Assembly: GCF_006345805.1 (NCBI RefSeq) | Contig: NC_042997.1 | Location: forward strand, 22,692,001 to 22,756,000 | Direction of reading: 5' to 3' | DNA from: Octopus sinensis | Taxonomy: Eukaryota | Length of the DNA: 64,000 bases | In this document: piece after piece, positions 12,491 through 25,252 of the stretch | Position numbering within the stretch: position 1 is the first letter of the stretch | How the letters are laid out: each line of letters opens with the position of its first letter | Notes under the pieces: model-generated | Databases searched by the model: none | Told to the model about the DNA's origin: nothing | What the model saw: only the letters and a program-made list of their open reading frames with translations | Made by a program: the position numbers and the translations under genes

Positions 12491-15400
12491 GACGGAACGC
12501 CAACTTCAAAAGAACTTCCCCGATCCAATCGCGCTCTATCTGTTTGGCTTTTACGCCCACTTGAAAAGATACCCTTCCCCCACCCCACATTTATAAAAAA
12601 ATAAAAATTTTACAGAAAGTGACGATCTTCTTCAAATGTAAACAAAAGCACGTGCTTCATTTTTGACGTAAATAGTACTCATAACGAAAGAATGCCCTAT
12701 TCCTGACAAAGTGGTTGATACTAAGAATTTCATCCCCTCTTGGCCTATGTAAACTGAATAAATTATTCAAAAATCTTTTCGACTCAGTTTTATTATGGAG
12801 AAGTTTATATATAATAGGCGCAGGAGTGGCTGTGTGGTAAGTAGCTTGTCTACCAACCACATGGTTCCAGGTTCAGTCCCACTGCGTGGCACCTTGGGCA
12901 AGTGTCTTCTACTATAGCCTCGGGCCGACCAAAGCCTTGTGAGTGGATTTGGTAGACGGAAACTGAAAGAAGCCTGTCGTATATATGTATATATATATAT
13001 ATGTATGTGTGTGTGTTTGTGTGCTGGTGTGTTTACATCCCCGTCACTTAGCGGTTCGGCAAAAAGAGACCGATAGAATAAGTACTGGGCTTACAAAGAA
13101 TAAGTCACGGGGTCGATTTGCTCGACTAAAGGCGGTGCTCCAGCATGGCCGCAGTCAAATGACTGAAACAAGTAAACGAAAAAAACGAAAAAACGAACGA
13201 AACGATATATTTCAGGGAAATTACTATAATTTTTATGTTTATAATTCATATGTTGTGTTTCATCTATTTAGGGATCGTTTGATTACGGAATATGAAAACA
13301 CTGCTGAATTACTTGTGGATTTGGGATCTGATCAAACATCATGCCACAACCCTTTTGCTGGAGGTTACTATCCTATGCAGGTATAAAATAAAATTAGAAT
13401 ACATAATTCAATTCCAGTAACCAAACTGTGTTACCCATATATAATACCATTTTTTTTTTTATATGATATCAATATCTTACATCTATATCAGGGGTCCCCA
13501 AACTATTAAGACCATCAACTCCTTCATGGAATCCTTGACAACTCATTGACCCCTAGGCATTTACAAGAAAATAAATAAATAATGATAATAATAATCAAGT
13601 AGATGTGCATTTATCGACCCCATGAATAATCCCATCAATCCCCAGGGGTTGATATCGACCACTTTGGCGATCCCTGATCTGTATCAACTTTATAAAACAA
13701 TTCATCCAGGAAGGTCTGTAGTCTAATGGTCACATAGAAAACATTAATATAGCCACCCCATCCAAAACATAAACTGCTTGCAACCCTTGATGTCACTTCA
13801 TTTTCATATTTAGTATACAAAACTTAATCCACATGCCAAATTTGAAAACAATTGGAACAAAATTGTAGATAGTGCCGATAACCACAAAGATCCCATACTG
13901 TGTTTTAAAACAGCATATATTGGGAGCAGACAAAAATCATCCAGCAGTGGTTGGTTAGATTGCTAGATGCACATTTCTGCCCCATTACACTTTGCTTGTA
14001 AGGTGGCGAGCTGGCAGAAACGTTAGCATGCCAGGTGAAATGCTTAGTGGTATTTCATCTGCGTTACATTGTGAGTTCAAATTCCACCGAGGTCGACTTT
14101 GCCTTTCATCCTTTTGGGGTCGATAAATTAAGTACCAGTTACGCACTGGGGTCGATGTAATCAGCTTAATACCTATGTCTGTCCTTGTTTGTCCCTTCTG
14201 TGTTTAGCCCCTTGTGGGTAATAAAGAAATAGGTATTTCATCTGCCTTTATGTTCTGAGTTCAGATTCTGCCGGCGTCAACTTTGCCTTTCATCTTTGCA
14301 GGGTTGATGAATTAAGTACCAGTTGCATACTGGGGTCGATCTAATCAAATGGCTCTCTCCCCAAAAATTTCAGGCCTTGTGCCTAAAGTAGAAAAGATTA
14401 TACTTTGCTTGTAGAATATATTCACAACCACTATTTAGCAAATCAGATAACTGTATTTGCATACATAATGTAATTCTTCATAGCTTTATTAATAATTTAT
14501 TGGTGTATTAATAAAATTTTGTTTCACTGCCAGAATGTACAATGTATATTATATATTAGCCAACCTAGTTTAGAACAGATGAAAATACCTGGTTTTTGTA
14601 TATTTTGAATCAAACCTGGTTAATCCTCCCTTTAGCATTTAGATTTCTTTATCAAATGAATTCCTATTTATTCACATTGTTTTGAATTAATCATGCATTA
14701 TCTTGTAGCTTCAAGATTTCAATAGTGTGTTTGTATATTTTTAGAATGGCATTGTAGGGTAGGTGTGAGAGACTGGATCTGGTCAGTTTCAACATAAAAA
14801 ATATCTGAACTGGATATGGCCAGATTAAATGCTAAAGGGTTAAATTGTGTCCTAGAAGTATCATAATTACGTTGAATTGAATAATTTAACCCTTTCGTTA
14901 CTGTATTTATTTTGAGATGCTCTGTGTTTCTTTCAATTACTTTAAATATAACAAAGAATTTAGTAAAATAACTTAGTTATCAAGCTAGTGTTAGGAACAT
15001 AAATTGTGACTAAGGTTTGGTGGAAGATTTTAATTCAAAACTTATGAAAACAAGACATCTGTACTAAAGAGCCAGAGCTGGTTTCAGCCAAGTTGGTAAC
15101 AAAAGTGTTAATTATAGGTCCAGCAAAATAATTTTTTTATTGGTTTGGCTCAGAAGAAGAGACTGCTCCTTTCTTATTTCTGGCTGTGTGCTAAATCAAT
15201 TTAATAACCAAATCATTTTTTTTTTATCAACAGATAACTTTTGAAGAATCACAAATATTAATGCATGAAGACCCAGAGAAGTTCTGTCAATTAGTGCAGG
15301 AAACGTAAAAACAATATTTGCTTCTTAATTCATTCTTTGTTGATTCTCTTTTTAAAACATTGCCACAAAACATGTTTTACATGAAATTTATCTCAAAATA

Positions 15401-18400
15401 GATGTGTGTGTGTGTGTGTGTGTATTTGGTAGATAGGCACTAAAAGTGCATGTATGTGTGTTTGTTTACATCTGTGCTTGCTTCTATGAAAGTTGCAATG
15501 TACAAGAAAGTCATCTGCTTGCTTTGCACTATCAAAATCAAATGGGACAAGAGATCCTTTACTTGAAAAACAGATGAAGGTCAGCATCAGGAAGGGTATC
15601 CAGCTATAAAACAATGCTTCAATAAAATATCTGTCTAACCCATGCTAGCATAATAAGCTGCATATGAAATGAATGTGTGTGTGTGTGTGCTTATGTTTGC
15701 ACAATTTTAAAAACAGGTATTGTTTATATGTCCCATTTTACCCTGTAGCACAGAGATCCAACAAATAGATAAATTCAAGATTATAATAAACACTAGTATC
15801 AATATGTTCTACTTAAACTTTAAAGGTGGTGCCTCAACATGGCCTCAGTCCAATGACCAAAATCAGTTAAGGAATAAAAAGTAATATTTACATAAGTGCC
15901 AGTGGCATGTAAAAAGCACCCACTACACTCTCAGAGTGGTTCGCGTTAGGAAGGGCATCCAGCTGTAGAAACTCTGCCAGATCAAGATTGGAGCCTGGTG
16001 CAGCCGTCTGGTTCGCCAGCCCTCAGTCAAAATCGTTCAACCTATGCTAGCATGGAGGGCGGATGTTAAACAATGATGATGATGATGATGATAATGTATA
16101 CATTAACCCTTTAGTATTTAAACTATCCATATTTGGCCCAAATATTCTACCTGTTTTATGTTCAAATCAGACAGATGTGGCCTCTCACATGTACACTCAA
16201 AAATACACAATCACATGATCAAAATCTCGAAGCTACAAAATAATGCATGAATAATTGATAGCAACATGAATAAATAAGCATTACATTTGACAAAGTAATC
16301 TGAATGCTAAGGGTAAAGAAGATATAAAATACACAAATACAATAAATTTCTGGTTTATTTCTTTGCCTCTTTAACAGTCTGAGACACCATGTAAAAGCAC
16401 TGAATAAGTTATCTGATCAGGGAATGTTTTTCTGGGACTATGGAAATGCTTTTCTTCTTGAGGCTGATCATGCAGGTATAATTTTAAAATTCATTTTTTG
16501 TTCATCAATTTCACTGTTAAATATTTTAAAATCTTATAGCTTAAAAAAAGCATTCTCAATATCTTTATGTGGATATACAGTAGAAAGTCACAAAACTGTA
16601 GTATTCACCTCAAGACAGCATCTCATATAGATGTATAGTGTTAAAACACACAGAAGCATATCAGTAGCAGACAAAAAGGTGTAGAGCAGCTGCAGTTGAA
16701 TTGCTAAATATAGATTCCTACATCCTTGAGCATCATCAGTAGTGAGTATCCACTAGCAACCACATACTTGGACAAATTTAGCTACTAATGATATAGAAGA
16801 ACAGAGATTAGTAAATTACTAGTGTTGCAAATAGCTGACAGGCTAGGTAAAAATTCATTATTAGTAATGGGAGCAATATTAGTTCAAAATAGCATTCTGT
16901 ATATCTTACTTAACATGGATATACTGTAGAAAGCCACAAAGCTGCAGTTTTAGTCTTGAGACAGCATCTTGTACAGTCGCATAGTGCTAAAAAGCACAGT
17001 AGCAGACAAAAATGTCCAGCTGTAGTGATTGAATTGCTCAATCTAAATGTTTGCTTCCTTGTAATTTATTTGAATTGTTGTCAGTTCAGTACAAACTCAT
17101 ATAGATATGGACAGCTATGTAAAGAAGTGCCGATCTCTAACTGTGGGGGGAACCTGTGGAGGTAGACCCAGGAAGACATGTGACAAACTGGTGAAGAATG
17201 ATCTTTGAACTTTGGGCCTCATAGAGGCGATGACTAATAACTGAGACCTTTAGAACTATGGTGCGCTTGAGAAGACCCATCAAGCCAAGTGAAATTGTAG
17301 TCATGGCTGATGCTGGCATTACATAGCTGGCACCCATGCCAGTGGCATGTAAAAAGCACCTTTTGAGCATTGGGCCTCATCGAGGCAAAGTGGAACATGC
17401 AAAGCTCCTTTCGAGTGTTGGACCTCACAGAGACAATGCTTGAGAAGAAGACCCATCAAGCCAAATAGAATTGCATGGGGGCAAAGTGGCACGTGAAAAG
17501 CTCCTTTTGAGAGGTGGGTCTCATGGAGGCAATGACCAAGACCCTTGGGGTTATATCGTGCTTGAGAAGAAAACCCATCAAACCAAGTAAAATCACAGTC
17601 ATGGCAGATACTGGTACCATGCAAATGGCACCCAAGCTACTGACATGTAAAAGCACCCATTCTCAGAGTAGTTGATGTTAGTAGGAAGGACATCCAGCTG
17701 TAGAAACCATACCAAATCAGACTGGAGTCTGGTGCAGCCTTCCAGTTTGCAAACCTTGGTCAAACTGTCCAACCCATGCCAGCATGGACAACGGACACTA
17801 AATGATGATGATGATGAGGAGGAGGAGGAGGAGGAGGGGGAGGGGGTGAAGAAGAGGGGGAGGCGGGGGAAGGGGGAAGGTTGGAGGAAGAGGAGGAGCA
17901 GGTTAATGATGATGAGAGAATGACAAATGTCACAATGATATTGATAAAAGGGAAGAATGAATATATTTGATACTAGCAGCATAGCCCGGCGTTGCCCGGG
18001 TATGTAAGAGCCTCTAGTAGGCAACGACTAATCCCAATCTAGTCCTTTCCCTCTAGGGAACGAAGGCGCATGTGTAGGTTGCAATGTCTTCTCTTCACTC
18101 CCAAATAACTATCAAACAGCTATCGATAATTCAACCCAACCAATTCCTACCAGGAAGAAATTACATTCGAGACTTTACCCGCCACTTCTGCTAATAGCTG
18201 CTGCAGCCGCAAGTTATTCGAATACTTTTTTTGTTTACACATTCTTTATAACTACCACCCCAAACGTTTTACCTTAAATTTTTGACATACCCTAAGGGTC
18301 TTCGGGCGCTACTTGCAAACTCTTGGTTTATTATAAACCACTTTTGTCGTGTGCACCAAAAAAACCTTTTCCATTCGTTTGTTCAGTTTGGTCACTTTTG

Positions 18401-19687
18401 ACTTTTTCGTTGTTGTCACTCACATTGCTGCCTGCTTTTTTGCCGTTTTTGTACATTTTTATACATTTTGGGATACTTACCCCACATGTTCCGAGAGTTA
18501 AAAAGGTCGAGTTGCATCCCCTAGACAGTCTGTAGAAAATGTGTTGCATATAAAAAGCTTAGATTCTCGACCCATGTCGAATTTATCGATTTTGTTTCAG
18601 AACTGGGGGAACTTTTCAAAATTTTCGCTGCGTTAGTTTTGAATTATGACATCGGGCTATGTGTGTGTCAAGTTTCATCAGAATCGGTTGAAAGCCGTGG
18701 TCAGGGTGAGGGTACAACCTGACAGACACACAGACACACAGACAGACAAACTGCCGTTTATATATAGAGAGATTACAGTTTTAAAAAGACTAATTATGCA
18801 ATATTTTAATCAATAGAATTATTCCCTGACAAATTAATTTGTCTTTGACAATGTGGAGAGGTAATTTTTAGAAGTAATATCTAAAAAATTACAGAACATT
18901 TTCATCTTATCCATTCTGATTTTATATTCTTGTTAAATCCAATCAAACAGAATTCTAGCATTTAAAATTATATTTTCAGTCAAATACAAGCATATGCCAG
19001 TCAACTACATATTATGCAATAAATATTTCTTGAAGTTAAACTAATCTTTCCTAAAGAAACCAAACTTCGTTAAATTTTCAGAAAATCAAGAGACAAATTT
19101 GTATTTTAGTGGCATGTTGGGTAACATGCTTGATAAAAGAGGATAAAACATTGACGTTACTCAATGGAATTACATGTAAATTAGTCTGAAATACTAAATT
19201 GACAATTGAAAACCATATTCTTTGTTTTTTTTTTATCTGAATTAAGGAGCTGATGTTGGGAAATGTGAAACCATGTGTGGAACAAAATTTCGGTATCCAT
19301 CATATGTGCAAGATATCATGGGAGATATATTCTCTCTTGGATTTGGACCCTTCAGGTATTTTGGATTTTAAGTTTTTGCCTATAATCATAATTTTCACCA
19401 GATATTTATTTATTTTATATTGTGATTCCAGAAAAATAGCACTGTTGGCTATCAATTACCAGTTGACCCATATGTATTCAATGCTTTTCTCATGATGAGC
19501 AATAAAATGAGTTTCTATGTAACTTGGTGCAGAACAAATATCACAGTAGACTTCATTCAAAAGCCACCAGTTACTTCATTTTCTTTTCAGTATTTACATC
19601 CTTTGCCAATATACATAAGTCACTGATATACTGCTCAGATACATACATACATACATACATACATACATACATACATACATACATACA

Positions 19688-19721
<34 letters not shown>

Positions 19722-21842
19722 CATACATACATACATACATACATATGTACATACATATGTATGTACGTACATACATATTACGTATGTAGATACCGACGGT
19801 ATCAGGGCATGTATAAGTCTAGAAATCTTTTCCAATTTTCTTTTATGTATTGGGAAAGGGGGTTTCCTAAGGTAGATAAAGATTCCTGGTATATAATTAT
19901 TTCCAGGTAGCCCATTGTTAGGTTTGCAATGACTGGAGCTGCCTTAGTGCCCATAGCAATTCCAGATTTTTGTCAATAAAATGTATTGTCAAACATGAAG
20001 TGGTTGCTTCATAGGATGAATTCAACTGATTCAGTTATGAATTCTTTACTGATCCTTTTTAGTATTTCTTCCAGAAATTGGTCCAGTCAGAACTGAATTG
20101 CCTCTAGTTCATAATTATGAAGTATACTGGTATATAAATTAATTACATTAAATGAAACTATGATTGTTTTTTCCTTGACTTCTTTTGGGGAGGTGATTTA
20201 ACATATCCAAGTCGATGTGTTTAAGGAAGGGTTTCAGAAGGATGGTGTGTTTCACAGGCTACGCCAGCTATAATGGGTCATAGCTTTAGGTCCCCTGGGT
20301 TTGGTGTATGTATATACGACTTTGGTGCTTTTTTAATGGTTTCATTTATAATCTGGTTTTTGTGGAAAACCACTTCACAAAAACAAGGAAGTTCATGAAC
20401 AAGCTGAGGCATTCTGTTGAGATGGGGATGATATGGTTCTCAAATGAAAAGAATTTCTGCTGAGACCAGTTGCACAACACCTAGAATAACAGGTGGCTTA
20501 CCTTATAAAAACCAAGTTCCCAAAAATTGTGATGATCTTTGGGTGTGTCTCCAGTGAGAATGAAGTCATGTTGCCCACATCTTTGCACAGAGCCTGAGGT
20601 TCTATTTAGATGGTTATGTGAAGCTGTTAGAGATTGTGGTCAAACTCTGGCTAGAGAGATTTGCTGTTGGAAGGCCATATGTGTGTGGCAGCAGGATTTG
20701 TTTCTTTGCCATATCTCTGGAAAGAGTCAGAAATGGTTGTTGGAGAATTTCTATGAATTCATCAGCCCCAATTTCTGACATCCTAATCCCTCTGATTATA
20801 TATTTCTTTACTGCCACAAGGGGCTAAACATAGAGGGGACAAACAAGGACAGACAAAGGGATTAAGTCAATTACATCGACCCCAGTGCGTAACTGGTACT
20901 TTATTTATCAACCCCGAAAGGATGAAAGGCAAAGTCGACCTCGGCGGAATTTGAACTCAGAACATAACGGCAGACGAAATACGGCTACGCATTTCGCCTG
21001 GCATGCTAACGTTTCTGCCAGCTCACCACCTTAATCCCTCTGATTATAATCGCATGGATTACTATGTGTGGGGTGTAGTTGAGAGATATACCAACCACTG
21101 TGCCTGCAGCACCAACGCCAAGCTAGTGGCCAAAATCAAAGAGGTGTTCTAAGATCTTCCCAAGTGAAGAACACATGTGCCAGGTTCTGGAGCCATCTTG
21201 AGACCATACTGGAAGCCGAGAGCAGCTACTTTGCATTAAATGTTTATCTCCCTGCCATAATCTAGATGATGCTTTTTGATTTATAAAATACGTTTCTTTT
21301 TGGATGGGATATTATTTTCTTTTCTTAAATTTAGCCTGAACTTATTGTAAGTTACCAATTAATTTAATTCTTGGAGCACTTCAATTTATAATTTTCTTGT
21401 TTTATAAGCAAATACTTTATTTCAGCAAGTTATTAGCTATTTCTATCCATATGAAAATTATTTAACGGTATTACTAAATGTAAAGCTAATGCATGTATAT
21501 GTTATTGATATTTTCATGTCAAATTAAGATGGGTTTGTACATCTGGAGATAAAGAAGACCTAGAAAAAACAGATATGATTGCTGCAAGTATTCTGGAAAA
21601 AATAGCATCAAAAACAAGTAAGTTTCAAAAATGCAACTTCTGTGAAAACTATTTATTTAAGAGTTTGCATGTTTTTTTTTCTTTTTTTCTTTTAACACAA
21701 TTTCAGTTTCTTTCAGACATGAATACCAAATTCTTATAAATAGTTGCAGATATAGCTTGTCTGTCCTTGTTTGTCCCCTCTACGTTTAGCACCTTGAGGG
21801 CAATAAAGAAATAAGAAACTGTACAAAAAACCTCTTTCTCTT

Positions 21843-21900
<58 letters not shown>

Positions 21901-24230
21901 AAATATATAGACACAGGTGTAGTAGCTGCGTGGTAAGAAGTTTGCATCCTGACCACATGGTCCTGCATTTAGTCCCACTGAATGGCACCTTGGCCAGTGT
22001 CTTCTACTAAAACCTTTGCACGTCACTTGACAAGCTCTGAATTCCAAATGGTAAAGTTTGTTGTTATTTACCTATCAACAAATCATCTGTACTTTTAAAG
22101 ATATATGGAATAAAAGACCCCTTACTTGAAAAGCAGGTAAAGGTTAGCAATAGGAGAAGCATCCAGCTGTAAAACACTGCCTCAATAATATAGTAATCTA
22201 ACATATACTAACAGGGAAACAGACATAAATCAGACGAATTTATGAATTAATCTAATTGTTTTCAAAATCTATATATTATAGCAGCTTCAAAGCAGCTACT
22301 CATGGAGTTTAAAAAGTTACAGCCAATGTAAAAGAATTCCTTATATATGAGTGGGTGTTGCAAAGTTCCTGGCTTTAAGGGTCTTGGGGATAAGCCTGGT
22401 TGGAGGCCCAACCTTCTGAATTCTTTTACAGGGTTTAGAAAAACTGAAGAACTGCTGCAATAAGTGGGTGACTCTAGGAGAGAAATATGTTGAATAAAAT
22501 CATAATTAATTGATCCTCCTGTATTTTATTTTACCCAAAGCCAGGAACTTTTCAACATCCCCTCATACATTTTAATAAATGATTCATGATATTACAGTCA
22601 CCTTGTTGTAAGTAGCAACATAAATGAAGTGAATAAAAGTTAAGTTTGAAGATATTTGTTAAAAATCAGCAGTCTTTAGTTAATTCCTAAATTTCCATTT
22701 GATTAAAAGATATCTCTGAAATATATAATTGATAATTGATTACTTTAAAAGCAAATTTAAAGTGAGTTACAATGTACATTCATCTAGTAACCTTATCCTA
22801 TAAGTGAGATATTTTCCATCTTTATTTCTAATAATTTAGTGAAAAAACAACATAATTTACTAAAATATATAGTGAAAAAAAATATAATTTACAAAAATAT
22901 ACAGTAATGGAGAGAAAAAAATGAAATCAGTAAATAATCAAAACAGAGGTATGAACACTCCCTCATTTGTACATCACAGCAGACGAAACGAGGGTTCTCC
23001 TCTAAAACTAGGAAGTTATTTATCACTTAGTATCACTGTGTTTCTCTCTTCTCTTCATCTCTGTCCCATCTTATCACCAAACTCTATATTAAACAATTCA
23101 TATAAACCTTCATTCTTCAGAGTTTATGAAACACTATTCTTGTTCACATTTTTCCTTACTGATAATTTAAACTGCAGAAGTTCAAGCTAACTGCAACTGA
23201 ATCAATCTAATCAGTCCCAGGATGGCCTGCTTAGCTATGAGTTCTGCCACTTTCCTTTATATTAACATTTTTATCAAAGGTAGCAGAGGACCAGAGAGAA
23301 GCATACACAGTATATTGTGGAAGTATAAACAATATGTTTAATCAATATTTTATTCTTATGTTACCACTGAGTCCAATTTTGTGTGCAATTTCATCCTAAA
23401 TGCTTTGACAAATTTTATTACAGGTTCCGCTGTTGTGAGAGAACAATATAAAGATAATATTCGCTGGATTAAAGAAGCTGGCCAACATAAAATGGTATGG
23501 TATACAAATGTTTTATATCCTATATAGATAACAATTGTAAAAGTTTTAGACATTCTTTATTTCATAAATGATATAATTATTTTTAGTAGTGTTAATTATA
23601 GTGATATGCTAAGTTGATTTCTTTTTGTTTCTTTCATTTCTTTTACTTGTTTCAGTCATTGGACTGTAGCCATGCTGGAGCACTGCTTTGAATGGTTTAG
23701 TCAACCAAATTGACCCCAGTACTTATTTCTAAGTCTGGCATTTATTTTATCAGTCTCTTTTTTCTGAACCATTAAATTGCAAGGACATAAACAAACTAAC
23801 ACTGGTTATCAAATGGTGGGGGATACAAACACAAATACATGCACATACACACACGTGTGTGTGTGTGTATATATACATATGTGTGTGTGTATGTATGTAT
23901 GTGTGTATGTATGTATGTATGTATGTATGTATGTTTATATATGTGTAGATATATATATATCTACACAAATATATATATATATCTACAAAATGTGACCGCA
24001 CGTGTACTGTTGGCAATATTTTTTCCTCCGTCTTCCCTTCTCTGGATCTTTCCTTTTTCTATGTTTCTGCCGAAGAGCTCCACTCGAAACATTAAACCCT
24101 CCTTCTTCCTTCCTGAGCGTCCAATAATACTATATTTGTTCCACGTCCTCGCGTTGTGTTTTCTCTTTGTGTTTTCTTGTTTGGATTAACTTTATATATA
24201 TATATATATAATATATATATATATATATTA

Positions 24231-24284
<54 letters not shown>

Positions 24285-25211
24285 CACATAAAAGCACCCA
24301 CTACATTCTCAGAGTGGTTGGCGTTAGAAAGGGCATCCAGCTGTAGAAACCCTGCCAGATCAGATTGGAGCCTGGTGCAGCCATCTGGTTCGCCAGTCCT
24401 CAGTCAAATAGTCCAACCCATGCTAGCATGGAGAGCAGGCGTTAAACATTGATGATGATGATGATGATGATGATATATATATATATATATAGTTATGTTA
24501 TATTCTGTTAAGAACGTAGTAGAGTACAGTATAAAGCTTGTCCACCTTCAGATTTCACCCTGTATTATCCAGTAGTAGTATTATACATACTGCCAGATTT
24601 ACGTTTGGGTTTCTGTAGCGTGTGAATAGATAACTGAAAAAGCTGGAGTCAACAAGGAGGAGTACAGTTGGTCATTTATTTACAATCACTGCAATTGTTT
24701 CTGTGCAATGCAGTTCGCCAGGCTTGCAGGTACTTGGTTATGCAACTGTTTCCTTGCATTATGAAATCTAGTTGTGTTTCCTCAGTTGATATATAAATAT
24801 TGTCTCTGTAAACTCAAATCCTCGGCTTCAAGAGTATCCTAGTTGTCTGTTGTGGCCTGGAGTTAGTAGTAGCCATTGAGTGTATCAAAAGATATGTAGA
24901 TGCGTTGCATAGAAAAAATTGTAGTGATTGCAAATAAATTCCAACCACATATCTCCTTATTGACTCAAACATTTTCAATTATATATATATATATATATAT
25001 ATAAAGAAGACAGAAGAATTACTCCATTTTCTGTCTTCTTTAAATTTTGATTCTTGATAAACTCATGTTTATCCTTGTCTTTACCTATAATTTATGGGCA
25101 TAAATAATTATGCCCATGCTTAAACATAGATGATATGCCGGTATACCAGTAGTGTAATGGATACTTCTATCCCTGTGATGGTTATTTTAACCTCTAACTC
25201 AGCTAACTTCT

Positions 25212-25252
<41 letters not shown>

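Noticed and set aside
12817-12900. tRNA-like A/B boxes at SINE heads
   Set aside because: They do not fold into a cloverleaf and continue into SINE bodies; not tRNA genes.
12985-13386. 133-aa ORF ending in UROC1 sequence
   Set aside because: Read-through from SINE sequence into the true exon 13272-13380; the upstream part is intronic. The same applies to ORFs 11320-11571, 16424-16630, 19253-19495 and 37439-37756.
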